DNA of 64,000 bases. It comes from Deferribacterales bacterium (GTDB lineage Bacteria > Chrysiogenota > Deferribacteres > Deferribacterales > Geovibrionaceae). The DNA is taken from positions 28,951-92,950 of the forward strand of contig JBFWMA010000009.1 in assembly GCA_050251875.1 (NCBI GenBank), given 5' to 3'. The translations under genes and the position numbers were made by a program. Position 1 is the first letter of the stretch. The number at the start of each line of letters is the position of its first letter. Below are positions 51,332-60,282 of the stretch, one piece after another. The notes beneath the pieces were generated by a model, which saw only the letters and a list, made by a program, of their open reading frames with translations, was not told the origin of the DNA and did no database searches.

Positions 51332-52258
51332 ATGACTGGAATTGACGTAGGGTTTGGGGATGTGAAGGTTGTCTATATGGAAGCTGGAGAACTGAAATAT
51401 TTTAAGATGCCGACAGCAATTAAATATGCAGGCAACAGTTCTTCAGGGATAACAGAAGAAGGTATTCGCTGCTTTCAAGGACGAGAATATCTGGTGGGTG
51501 AGCAGGCACGTTTTGGAGCCTTCAGTACACGCAGTTATGATTTCCTCAGAAGATATACGGGGCTTTTCGTATATCACGCTCTCAAAAGTCTAGGGTTGGA
51601 AACGCAGGATGTGGGTGTGGGTTTGCCGCTTAATTGGTTTTCTAAAAAAGAAGAGTTCTTAAAAGAGCTTACTCAGACTGTTGTTGACGGAGAAAAACTT
51701 GAGATACAGCCGAAGCTGTTTCCGCAGGCTGTCGGTATTCTGATGGACTATAGAATGGATATTGATGGCAAGACGAAGGAAGACACAACAAAAGACGGTA
51801 TTGTGCTTGATATCGGTTATAACACCGTGGATGTAGTCTGTTTTGAGAAAGGTGCGGCTGTCCGTTCTGATGCTGGCACTCTGGAGAAATACGGTATCTC
51901 TCGCATTATTGTTGAGTTGGCAGAAATAATCTATTCCGAATTTTCATTTCAACTTTCAGAACAGGAAGCTAAAGACGTTTTTCTTGAAGGAAAGCTCAGG
52001 CTTTATGGCGATATAAAAGACCTTTCAGAAATTATCAGAAGTATCACTGAGAAATACTTCAATGAACTGCTTCATACAATAGAAAGCAGATGGGACAGCA
52101 GACTCAAGCGTGCGGAAGTTATGCTTCTTGGCGGTGGTGGAGCAGTTATTCTGAATGGCTATATGCCGTTATCATTATCAAAAATTATATCTGTGCCAAA
52201 ACATCCGGAATACAGCAATGCTAGAGGCTATATGAAAGGTCTGCGAGCAGGATTGTGA
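51332..52258 (+). CDS. parM: ParM/StbA-type actin-like segregation ATPase
   Basis: GIDVGFGDVKVV (phosphate 1), VLDIGYNTVDV (phosphate 2), LLGGGGAVIL (adenosine motif). Confidence 0.8.
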   Translation: MTGIDVGFGDVKVVYMEAGELKYFKMPTAIKYAGNSSSGITEEGIRCFQGREYLVGEQARFGAFSTRSYDFLRRYTGLFVYHALKSLGLETQDVGVGLPLNWFSKKEEFLKELTQTVVDGEKLEIQPKLFPQAVGILMDYRMDIDGKTKEDTTKDGIVLDIGYNTVDVVCFEKGAAVRSDAGTLEKYGISRIIVELAEIIYSEFSFQLSEQEAKDVFLEGKLRLYGDIKDLSEIIRSITEKYFNELLHTIESRWDSRLKRAEVMLLGGGGAVILNGYMPLSLSKIISVPKHPEYSNARGYMKGLRAGL

Positions 52259-52273
52259 TAATGGTGGTGATGT

Positions 52274-52519
52274 ATGGATGAAAGGCGAATACAGTTCACT
52301 ATAAAAAATGAAGCACTTCTGAAAACATTGATGTCTCTGCCAAAGGTTCAACGTGGGCAATTTATTGCTATGTCATTAGCGGCTTATGTCCAGACAGAAG
52401 AGGGACAGCATATGCTTAATCTGTTTGGTAGGAAGAGTAGTGGCGGCTCTCCCAAAATAGAATCAGAAAATGAAGTAAAAAATGTTCCCAGCGGTTCAGT
52501 GATGGGCGAGTTTGAATAA
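52274..52519 (+). CDS. ParR-like adaptor (putative RHH DNA-binding protein)
   Basis: 81-aa ORF immediately after parM. The N-terminus RRIQFTIKNEALLKTL is compatible with a ribbon-helix-helix strand. Confidence 0.45.
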   Translation: MDERRIQFTIKNEALLKTLMSLPKVQRGQFIAMSLAAYVQTEEGQHMLNLFGRKSSGGSPKIESENEVKNVPSGSVMGEFE

Positions 52520-53330
52520 CTCGCCCGATTCTTTGTAGAACGAGGGACTCTTAGTTAATATGTATAAGCTATGCCATAGTCTTTAATGGTAATAAATGTC
52601 AGGCTGTCAGACTCCATGAAGAATATGGTCTTGAAGCTGAGCAGGCTTATATCAAAAATGTTTAAATATGATTATCCTGATGCTCCAATCAGATGCATGG
52701 GATATTTTGTGCAGTCTCTAAATATATTCGATGATATTTCTATAAGCAGATATAATTAGTCCTAAACCTGGAAATGAGAGGGTTCCTGATTTGTATTCTT
52801 CGATAACACTCACTGAACTTGAATAAGGTGTCACGAGAAGCCTGTATCGTGAAAAAAACAGAGAGGCATTGGCAATGGTTGTTTTCCCTATTGAGATTCC
52901 TGATTTTGACAATTTAGACTTGACAGCCTATCTCGTGCGAGAGCTTTATCTTTCTAAAACGCGGAATAGTTGGAAGAGATTTCTAAACCGCATTAACTGC
53001 CGCTATGGTTAAGATGTCCACAAGACAAGGACTAGACCTTTATGATATGGTTAACATGACCTTTTAGTCGCCATGTATCAAGATTTAGGATATGGTAACA
53101 GCACACTGATCTTATTTCGGACAGTTTTTTTGAATATAAAGTGATGTACTACTTGTCAGTTGGGTACGTGTATCGTTCCGTAGAGTAGGGATAGACATTT
53201 TAAGAAAGGACTCTTGTGCCAGTAAGTCGCAATTATGTGAATCTAATCAGACACTCCCTCATTCGAAATAAATACGATATAAGTTAAGTTGGTTTGCTTA
53301 CAGTATTACGGTTACTGTAAAATAGGCTAA

Positions 53331-53374
53331 CCTGCCGCCGCCGCCGATTCTTTGACAGAGCCGGCGGCGGCAGG
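53331..53374 (-). terminator. Long GC hairpin downstream of the 721-aa minus-strand gene; it marks the return to host-like composition
   Basis: CCTGCCGCCGCCG-N18-CGGCGGCGGCAGG, 34 nt after the stop codon. The U-tract on the minus strand is weak. Confidence 0.4.
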
Positions 53375-53407
53375 TATATCGTACAACCTATACAGGGGAA
53401 TCGCCTT

Positions 53408-55573
53408 TTATTCCCAGGAGAGCAGGGTTCTTGCACCCTCCAGTTTTCTTATCTCCGTTACGTTCTGCATCACTTCCAGCGTACCCATGTATGCACCTGC
53501 TGCGTCACGCACGGCAAAATATCTGATATGCAGGAACTTTCCGTGCAGTTCCAGCCAAAACTCCGCCACATTCTTTTCACCGCTCTTAAATGCACTGAGG
53601 ATAGCCATGACCGTATCAACGCTCTTTGGCGGGTGGCAGTATCTCACCTCTCTGCCGATGACCTCGGGACTGCGCGGAAAAATCCTCTCCGCAGACTGGT
53701 TATAGAATCTGACTCTGTCATCCGCATCCACAAAGGACACATCTATGGGCAGATTGGAAAAGATGGCGTTTATCTGCTCATAACTCAGCATCCCCTCACT
53801 CAGCTTAAGGTATATCCCCTCCGTCCTGGGCTGATATACCGCTGTTTTCGGTGCTGTGTTTTCGCCCCACATGGGCGGTGTGTCTATAAAGCAGTAGGAA
53901 AGCTCCCGTTCGCCACTGCGTATCTGTTTCCACTCGTCTTCCGTGAGCATCATCTCGGCGGTGGGGAGCAGAATTTTTTCCTCTTTATAAATCATGCCGA
54001 GCAGCTCTTCCAGAACATCGTCCTGAATACTCAGGAATCCTTCAAGATTCCGGCCATCCAGCAACGCAATGCACTCTTTTATACCGTTTCTTATCTTGTC
54101 GTGGAGAGACCACATCACGGTTGACGGCTTGTCGAAGCCCTTCTTCTCCAGAAAGGGGAAAAGCTGATTCTCTTTGCGTACATAGTGGTGTCCCACATCC
54201 TTCAGCTTAAGGAAGCAGGATTTAAGATATTCAATATCCGGCGTGCCGCTGTTTCTGATTTCATGCCTGATTGCTTCCGCAATTTTCTCAATCTCTCTGT
54301 TCTCTTTTTTATAGGTGGTGATTGGGTGTCCATCGGGATAGCTCCCCGCCGCTCCTATGTCCAGTGATGATTTAAACAGCTTGATGAGGCTGTTGATGTT
54401 GTTTTCAAAACGGCTGTCCGGAACGCCTCTGTCGGAGATAAGCTGTTCCGCATATGCAAATTCAGCCGAGGTGACGGGGGCTATGCCGTTGTAGTCCGGC
54501 TTGAGTGATTCGAGGCTCGCACCGTTGAAAAAATCCATAACGATGGAGGCGATTTTCTCCGCCCTTATGTCGCTTACGTTCAGATGCTGTGCCATTTTTG
54601 ATGCCATGCTCTGAGTCTCGGGGGGAGTTTTATAAAAATAGGCGTGGTATTCGCTGTCGGAATACTTCTCCGTATGCCTCACGAACCCCGATTTTTCCAT
54701 ATGAAAATAGAGAGGCACCGGTTCAAAGGACTGGATGATGTGCAGTCCGTCCCCCTCTTTTATCCCCTCGGCGATCTTAAGCAGCTCGGGCAGAAACTCC
54801 ATAGTTTTTGTCCGCATGTCCATAGTGGTGAAATTCTCTCGTTTTTTCAGCCAGTCGCTCATTATTATTTCTTCCTTTACTTTTATTTGTCTGAGAAATC
54901 CCGCAATATCTGTGGAATCGTAATACTGCATCAGGTTCTCTCTGCTGCACGGCATGTCATGAAATCCGCCGCCCTTTTCAAAAATGAAAACCCTGTGGGC
55001 AATCCTGAGTATCTCGTCCGGAGCGTGGGAGATGTAGACAACAGCCGCAGGGCTGTTTTTAAGATGTTCTTTAAGCAGAAACATCAGAAGCTCTTTCAGC
55101 TTAAGGTCGATTGCACTGAAAGGTTCGTCCATAAGCAGAAGCTGAGGCTCGTTTACAAATGCTCTGGCGAGTGAAACCCGCTGAATCATGCCCCCTGAAA
55201 GCTGTTTCGGGTAATAATCCGCATACTCCTTAAGCCCCATCCGCTCCAGCTGCTGCATGGCGGCTTTTTTTGCTCTGCCCTGCTCGGTCTTTACGGCGGT
55301 CAGGGGCAGCATGACATTCTCCAGAGCGGTCTTCCACGGCAGAAGCCTCGGCTCCTGAAAAACATATCCTGTTCTCACGGCTCTGTTTGTCACCGCACCG
55401 GAGGTGGGGTGTTCTATGCCGGAGAGCAGTTTCATCATGGTGGATTTCCCCGCTCCGGAAGCCCCCAGAACACCGATTATCTCGCCGGAGGAGATGCTGA
55501 AAGAAAGATCTTTCAGCACATCCTCTCTGTTATATTTTTTGCTTACGCCTATGAAGGCGGCGAGGTGGTTCAT
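53408..55573 (-). CDS. Fusion protein: ABC-type ATPase (SsuB/TauB/NrtD-like) + DUF2249-like + DUF438 + hemerythrin-like + PAS
   Basis: N-terminus: GASGAGKST, LSGGM.QRV.LARA, LLLMDEPFSA.D. Middle: MDMR...LHIIQSFEPVPLY (DUF2249-like). Then hemerythrin-type HH/E-rich helices (H.IRNGIKE, HHYVRKENQLFP). C-terminal PAS: FVDADDRVRFYN...RYCHPPKS...HIRYFAVRD. It is one uninterrupted 721-codon ORF. Confidence 0.65.
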   Translation of the reverse strand: MNHLAAFIGVSKKYNREDVLKDLSFSISSGEIIGVLGASGAGKSTMMKLLSGIEHPTSGAVTNRAVRTGYVFQEPRLLPWKTALENVMLPLTAVKTEQGRAKKAAMQQLERMGLKEYADYYPKQLSGGMIQRVSLARAFVNEPQLLLMDEPFSAIDLKLKELLMFLLKEHLKNSPAAVVYISHAPDEILRIAHRVFIFEKGGGFHDMPCSRENLMQYYDSTDIAGFLRQIKVKEEIIMSDWLKKRENFTTMDMRTKTMEFLPELLKIAEGIKEGDGLHIIQSFEPVPLYFHMEKSGFVRHTEKYSDSEYHAYFYKTPPETQSMASKMAQHLNVSDIRAEKIASIVMDFFNGASLESLKPDYNGIAPVTSAEFAYAEQLISDRGVPDSRFENNINSLIKLFKSSLDIGAAGSYPDGHPITTYKKENREIEKIAEAIRHEIRNSGTPDIEYLKSCFLKLKDVGHHYVRKENQLFPFLEKKGFDKPSTVMWSLHDKIRNGIKECIALLDGRNLEGFLSIQDDVLEELLGMIYKEEKILLPTAEMMLTEDEWKQIRSGERELSYCFIDTPPMWGENTAPKTAVYQPRTEGIYLKLSEGMLSYEQINAIFSNLPIDVSFVDADDRVRFYNQSAERIFPRSPEVIGREVRYCHPPKSVDTVMAILSAFKSGEKNVAEFWLELHGKFLHIRYFAVRDAAGAYMGTLEVMQNVTEIRKLEGARTLLSWE

Positions 55574-55581
55574 CTCTGTCC

Positions 55582-56538
55582 TTAATGCTGGAAGCTGAGG
55601 CGGGTCATTATGCTCATGTCAGCTGTGGGCTGTGTCCCGTTCACGTCTCTGTAGATGGTGTAGGGTACGCCGACTGAGAAGTGGAGGTTCTGACCTCTGC
55701 GGATGTGAAATCCGGGTGTGACTGAATAGGTTGTCGAGCCGCTGGAGGCGATTTTCTGCCCATACTGCTCATTTTTTGCCTGAGTCTTTCCATTCAGCTC
55801 AATCTCAAGATCGAAGAATTTTGTGACGGAAAAACTGTAGCCTATGTCATATTTTGCGACATCGCCGAATTTGAAATCCTGTGAGCCTTCGGTGTTGAAC
55901 AGATAGACAGCATAACCGTCTATCCTGTGTCTGCCGAGCAGTTTTGTCACGCCGAACTCGGCGAGGTAGTCTGTTGAGCCTGAGCCGTTCTGAACTGCCA
56001 TAGGCATAAATGTGCCGTTTTTCTTCTCTTCCGACTCGCCGGTGGCAAATTTAACACCCGCCCCTGCGGTCATAAACATTGAATCGCTCTTAAGCTGGTC
56101 GAGAATCTGGTATCTGGATACCAGCTGAATATCACCCAGTCCGGAGGAATCGAAGTCTTTTTCGATAAGTCCCTGCTGTGTTCTCGCACCGACTTTCACC
56201 TCTTTGTCCACATAGGGGATGATTGCTCTGATGTCAAAACCCTTGCCTATGCCGTATCTGAGGGTTGTGTTTGTTCTGTTTACGGTGACTTCTTTTGTCT
56301 GTGACTGACCGGTGGAGAGTGTAAGGGTTGCTTCGTCTGTTCCTTTGTAGAGTTCGTCCATCTTAACAGACTCATGCTGGAGAACGATCCCCATCACTCC
56401 CGGTCTGAATACCACTCCGTTTGATGAGTTGATGATGCCGACGGGAACCATCGACATATCCATTTTTGGCTGGTGAACCTCTTCCGCAAATGCGGTGACC
56501 GATGCAAGCATTAAAATTCCCGCAAGAAACTTCTTCAT
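55582..56538 (-). CDS. Outer-membrane beta-barrel channel (MetA-pathway/transporter OMP family-like)
   Basis: Signal peptide MKKFLAGILMLASVTAFA, alternating beta-strand pattern, C-terminal ...TRLSFQH. Start moved to the signal-peptide Met. Confidence 0.55.
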   Translation of the reverse strand: MKKFLAGILMLASVTAFAEEVHQPKMDMSMVPVGIINSSNGVVFRPGVMGIVLQHESVKMDELYKGTDEATLTLSTGQSQTKEVTVNRTNTTLRYGIGKGFDIRAIIPYVDKEVKVGARTQQGLIEKDFDSSGLGDIQLVSRYQILDQLKSDSMFMTAGAGVKFATGESEEKKNGTFMPMAVQNGSGSTDYLAEFGVTKLLGRHRIDGYAVYLFNTEGSQDFKFGDVAKYDIGYSFSVTKFFDLEIELNGKTQAKNEQYGQKIASSGSTTYSVTPGFHIRRGQNLHFSVGVPYTIYRDVNGTQPTADMSIMTRLSFQH

Positions 56539-56540
56539 TG

Positions 56541-56765
56541 TTAAACCTCTTTCTCTGTTTTTTCGTTTAAAGCCTTTAAAAAGGCTTCCATGTCCACATT
56601 TTTCATTTTGCATGCCGCCTCTATAGTCATTATCTTTGCCACAGTGCTGAATTTGATGGGGTCGGTGATGCTCTTAAATCCGAACTCAACGATGCATATT
56701 CTGTAGTAATCCCGCCACCCAGTCTGCTGGAATCCCGCCAGTGATTCTGCTCTGAAAACCGCCAC
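56541..56765 (-). CDS. DUF1858-like small protein
   Basis: C-terminal TIEAACKMKNVDMEAFLKALNEK resembles DUF1858 (hybrid-cluster-associated redox domain). GTG start with a stop codon immediately upstream. AT-rich foreign DNA begins about 5-75 nt further on. Confidence 0.4.
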   Translation of the reverse strand: MAVFRAESLAGFQQTGWRDYYRICIVEFGFKSITDPIKFSTVAKIMTIEAACKMKNVDMEAFLKALNEKTEKEV

Positions 56766-56879
56766 CTATTCTGGAGCTATACCTGCCACTCATCAATGCT
56801 AAAACTGCTACTGATATTTTACTGTAAGCTTATTCGTCTTATATTAAGGAATGTGACAATGACTAGGTTCTATAAATGG

Positions 56880-56905
56880 GCAAAATAAAAGGGGCTTGCT
56901 GCCCC
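56880..56905 (-). terminator. Intrinsic terminator of istB
   Basis: Minus strand: TAA-GGGGC-AGCAA-GCCCC-TTTTATTTTG. Confidence 0.6.
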
Positions 56906-57646
56906 TTATAATTTTTTGTTTTTTCTGAGTGAGTCGCCTTTTAGCTCTAGCTTATAACACCCGCCTAGTATCCGATCTATAATAGCATCAGAAGAAGTCT
57001 TGTTGGTGTCCCCCAGATAGTCGTGCCAGTTAGCAGTCGGCAACTGACTTGTTATTATTGTGGATTTATTCTCTGAGCGGCTTTCGATAACTTCAAGGAG
57101 ATCTCCACGCATTTTTGAGTCTATGTTACCCACGCCAAAATCATCAATAATTAACAAGTCAGGCTTAGTAAACTTGTTGATAGTTTTTATAAACTCTCCT
57201 TGCAGTTTTGCGGTTTTACATTCTTCCAATATGAAAGATATCCTGTAAAAGAGAGTTGATATACCAGACCTGCATGCCTTGTTGCCAATAGCATTTGCGA
57301 GCCATGTTTTGCCTGTTCCTGTTGGGCCTGTGATGGTCAGGTTAAGCCTTTTTTCTATCCATGTCATATTGAGTAGTTGACTCAATACACTCTTATCAAG
57401 CCCCCTGTTACTCGTATAATCGATATCTTCGACACAAGCAGATGGATATTTGAATTTCGCCTGTTTAAGCAGCCTTTGGATTCTCGCATTCGCCCTATGT
57501 GTTTCTTCCCTGTCAATCAGCAGTCCAACTCTTTCTTCAAAGGACAGTTGGGCGATGTTAGGGTCAGCAAGCTGATCTTCAAAGGCTTTCGCCATTCCCC
57601 CCAGCTTCAGTGATTGCATTTTCTGAATTGTCATATTTGTAAGCAT
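56906..57646 (-). CDS. istB: IS21-family helper ATPase
   Basis: LKLGGMAKAFEDQ, Walker A GPTGTGKTWLA, Walker B LLIIDDFG. Confidence 0.9.
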   Translation of the reverse strand: MLTNMTIQKMQSLKLGGMAKAFEDQLADPNIAQLSFEERVGLLIDREETHRANARIQRLLKQAKFKYPSACVEDIDYTSNRGLDKSVLSQLLNMTWIEKRLNLTITGPTGTGKTWLANAIGNKACRSGISTLFYRISFILEECKTAKLQGEFIKTINKFTKPDLLIIDDFGVGNIDSKMRGDLLEVIESRSENKSTIITSQLPTANWHDYLGDTNKTSSDAIIDRILGGCYKLELKGDSLRKNKKL

Positions 57647-57656
57647 ATTGTTCTCC

Positions 57657-59198
57657 TTACTTGTAATAAGAGGCTCCACGAATGTTTTCATGTTCAAAGT
57701 TTGCCTCTATAAGCTCTTCATCCTCTGTAGCAACAGCATATGCCTTAGACTTTATCAATTTATCCAGCGCTCCAACTGTATGACACAAATCCAATCCAAG
57801 TGCTGTTTGTGCTGCATCCTCTATGACTTCATAATCATAGGATTTTATCAGTCTCTTAAAAGTAATTGATTGCCTGTACTTCGCATCATGATTCCGGCTT
57901 TTCTCAAACACATATTTCAGGAATTTGTATGTATTGGCTCCTATTGTCTTTGCAAACTCAAGATCATTCATGGGCTCCCAGTTTACATAGCCATTGTGAG
58001 CTGCTGGCATATGTTCTTTCTGCGTCAGACGGTCACCAGTTTTGTCAGATAAAGCATGGCTTGCTACTCTGCGACCCTTAAACAGGATTTCAATTGTGTT
58101 GGAAGTCACCCTGAGTTCCACTTCTTCTTTGGCTATTTGATGCGGAACACTGTAATGATTTGATTCATATCCAACATGATAATCCGCTCCAGCCCTAACT
58201 TTGAGAAATTTAACATATTCGTACTTTTGTGCAGGAAGCTTCATCAGTGCAGGTTTATCTATTGAGTCAAACAGAGACTGCCGTGAGCCATTCATCTTTT
58301 TGAATGGTTTAGCGTTCAATTCTGTAAGCATCTCACGTAATGTCTCATTCAATTCCGCCAAACTTGTAAATATTCTGTCTCTTAAGCGAAATAATATCCA
58401 CCTCTGTACAAGTAATACTCCATACTCAGCTTTAGCTTTATCCTTTGGTTTTCCAGCACGAGTAGGAATAACTGCTGTTTCGTAGTGTGCTGCCATGTCT
58501 CGATAAGTTTCCTGTAGATCAGGTTCCCCTCTACTGGCTTTAATAACAGCAGATTTAAGGTTATCAGGAGTAACAACTTCCGGCACACCGCCAAAATACT
58601 CAAACATGTTAACGTGAGCTTTTATCCAGTCAGGAATTTTCTGGCTCCATGTAGCTTCGGCATACGTGTAGTTTGATGCTCCCATAACGCCTACAAATAT
58701 CTGGGCAGTTCTATATGTATTGGTTGATTTGTCGTATATCTTTTGAGTCATGCCGGAATAGTCAACGAAAACGACTTCGCCAGCTTTGTACGATTTCCGC
58801 ATAGTAACAGAGAGTTTGCTTCTGTAGTTGCGGTATAGCTCACACATATACTTGTAGCTGATACCGTTAGGCTGTGCTGCTAGAAATTCATTATGCAGAG
58901 CTTCAAGAGTAGACCCTCTTCTCATCATTTCTTTGTGTATATAAGCAAAGTCAGGCTTTGGTTTATCATTATCACGCTTGCTTTGTTTTGAAGGAAAGAG
59001 TCTAGTTTCGAGCTCATAGTCATCCACGTCAGCAGGCAAAGGATAACTGAGTCCGGCTGCTTTAGCTCGCATTGAATAATCTTTCACAGCGTCACGTGAA
59101 ATCCCCAAGCTTTTCGCTATCTGACGGTCACTCATTCCTGAGTGCTTTAACCGTAATACGTCTCTGATTTTCCTCATATTTAACCTCTTGTTTGGCAT
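57657..59198 (-). CDS. istA: IS21-family transposase
   Basis: N-terminal HTH (MRKIRDVLRLKHSGMSDRQIAKSLGISR). DDE core with VFVDYSG..., ...TPDNLKSAV, ...PTRAGKPKDKAKAE. Confidence 0.9.
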   Translation of the reverse strand: MPNKRLNMRKIRDVLRLKHSGMSDRQIAKSLGISRDAVKDYSMRAKAAGLSYPLPADVDDYELETRLFPSKQSKRDNDKPKPDFAYIHKEMMRRGSTLEALHNEFLAAQPNGISYKYMCELYRNYRSKLSVTMRKSYKAGEVVFVDYSGMTQKIYDKSTNTYRTAQIFVGVMGASNYTYAEATWSQKIPDWIKAHVNMFEYFGGVPEVVTPDNLKSAVIKASRGEPDLQETYRDMAAHYETAVIPTRAGKPKDKAKAEYGVLLVQRWILFRLRDRIFTSLAELNETLREMLTELNAKPFKKMNGSRQSLFDSIDKPALMKLPAQKYEYVKFLKVRAGADYHVGYESNHYSVPHQIAKEEVELRVTSNTIEILFKGRRVASHALSDKTGDRLTQKEHMPAAHNGYVNWEPMNDLEFAKTIGANTYKFLKYVFEKSRNHDAKYRQSITFKRLIKSYDYEVIEDAAQTALGLDLCHTVGALDKLIKSKAYAVATEDEELIEANFEHENIRGASYYK

Positions 59199-59244
59199 AT
59201 ATGCTTAGTCCTTTCGGCTAGACTTAATATCTGCAAAAAATATA

Positions 59245-60222
59245 TTACTTCTTTAATGTGCGCTCAAGAAACGCTGACATTAAAAATTCCTGTTTTTCTG
59301 GTTTCTTTGGACACTGGACTGCTTCTCTCATTAACCTGAAGTCTGTGCCGTTGATCTCAAGCACTCCCATGTAGTAAGGCAAATCTCTGAATAGGTTCTC
59401 ATAAAAATTAGGCTCATCAGGTTTAGGTTGGATAAGAAGCCATAAATAGTTGCAATACAATTCTTCATATACACTGGTTCTAAACCTGTAAACTAGCTCA
59501 TATGTATAGAATAAAAAGCCATGATATACGATACTGCCTTTTACTGGCTTAACCAGCACAACGCCGGTAAACATGTGCTTTTCACCATTTATGTCATCTG
59601 GTGTTAAGCGGTCCTGAAATTGAATAATCTGTGGTCTTTCGCACTTTATAATTTCATTAAAATGGTTCTGCATAAACTCAATAGCAACAGACTCGTCAAA
59701 AAGGATTTGTTGCTTTCGGTCTTCATAGTTAGCTTTAGGAATTCTATTAGCAAAGCTAAACTGTCCTCTGGCTGTCTGCCCACCCAGAATAGGTCTGTAT
59801 GTTGTCCAGATTTTTCTGAGTTCAGCTCTTGGGATATCATCATTAAAAACTCTTTGAGCCAATGGGATAAACATATCTTCTTTAAGCACACGCTCTAATT
59901 TCGAGAGTATTTCTATAGATTCTGGACTGATTTTAGGGTTCAGCTTTTCTAATGTTGGTATTTCTATTTCATACTTCAAAAGCTTTTCTCTAAGCTCACC
60001 AACATACTTCCCTGATGAAAGTATTCGCCATAACGCAGAAGCAGGTTTATTAAAAATCTCTCTATTATCTCTAAACCAATGTGAAATAGAGACAGCTTGT
60101 CCATGCCAATATCTGCTGTCACGGATTTGTTGCAGCAGGAAACACAACTCAATCCAATTAAGCTGTTCCCCACCTTTGAGAGCTTCAAGTCTTTCATGAA
60201 TTATTCTGTGTGTTTCATTCAT
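59245..60222 (-). CDS. Hypothetical protein preceded by an IS21-type left-end sequence
   Basis: 325-aa ORF, no family recognised. Its 5' leader is homologous to the istA leader/IRL. Confidence 0.45.
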   Translation of the reverse strand: MNETHRIIHERLEALKGGEQLNWIELCFLLQQIRDSRYWHGQAVSISHWFRDNREIFNKPASALWRILSSGKYVGELREKLLKYEIEIPTLEKLNPKISPESIEILSKLERVLKEDMFIPLAQRVFNDDIPRAELRKIWTTYRPILGGQTARGQFSFANRIPKANYEDRKQQILFDESVAIEFMQNHFNEIIKCERPQIIQFQDRLTPDDINGEKHMFTGVVLVKPVKGSIVYHGFLFYTYELVYRFRTSVYEELYCNYLWLLIQPKPDEPNFYENLFRDLPYYMGVLEINGTDFRLMREAVQCPKKPEKQEFLMSAFLERTLKK

Positions 60223-60227
60223 ATCGT

Positions 60228-60251
60228 AATCCTATCGGCTAGACTCAATAT
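60228..60251 (-). repeat. Second copy of the IS21 left-end / istA-leader sequence
   Basis: ATCCTATCGGCTAGACTCAATAT (60229-60251) versus GTCCTTTCGGCTAGACTTAATAT (59208-59230). The core TCGGCTAGACT(C/T)AATAT is 16/17 identical. Both lie 13-16 nt upstream of a CAT(ATG) start. Confidence 0.8.
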
Positions 60252-60282
60252 TGTCAACACAATAATGGACTCTGAAGAAAAA

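Larger units (their letters stand above)
40505..53320. mobile_element. Integrated plasmid-like / integrative element (int, xis, XRE regulators, iteron-bearing rep, three type II TA pairs, ParMR partition locus, large ncRNA candidate). Right end uncertain.
   Basis: It begins at the truncated tRNA-Arg half. Composition is AT-rich relative to the core. The gene content is listed in individual features. Host-like G+C resumes near 53325. No second att copy was found in the window. Confidence 0.6.
56841..59230 (-). mobile_element. IS21-family insertion sequence (istA-istB)
   Basis: istA and istB genes. Imperfect terminal inverted repeats ATATTAAG-N12-GACTAGG (56841-56867) versus the reverse complement of 59204-59230 (17/27 identical). 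The exact ends are uncertain and no clear target duplication is seen. Confidence 0.7.

Noticed and set aside
52718-52912. 64-aa ORF with a Walker-A-like fragment (GISIGKTT) in the gene-poor stretch at the island's right side
   Set aside because: It is too short and isolated. It could be the remnant of an ATPase gene, but a pseudogene cannot be supported without a database comparison.
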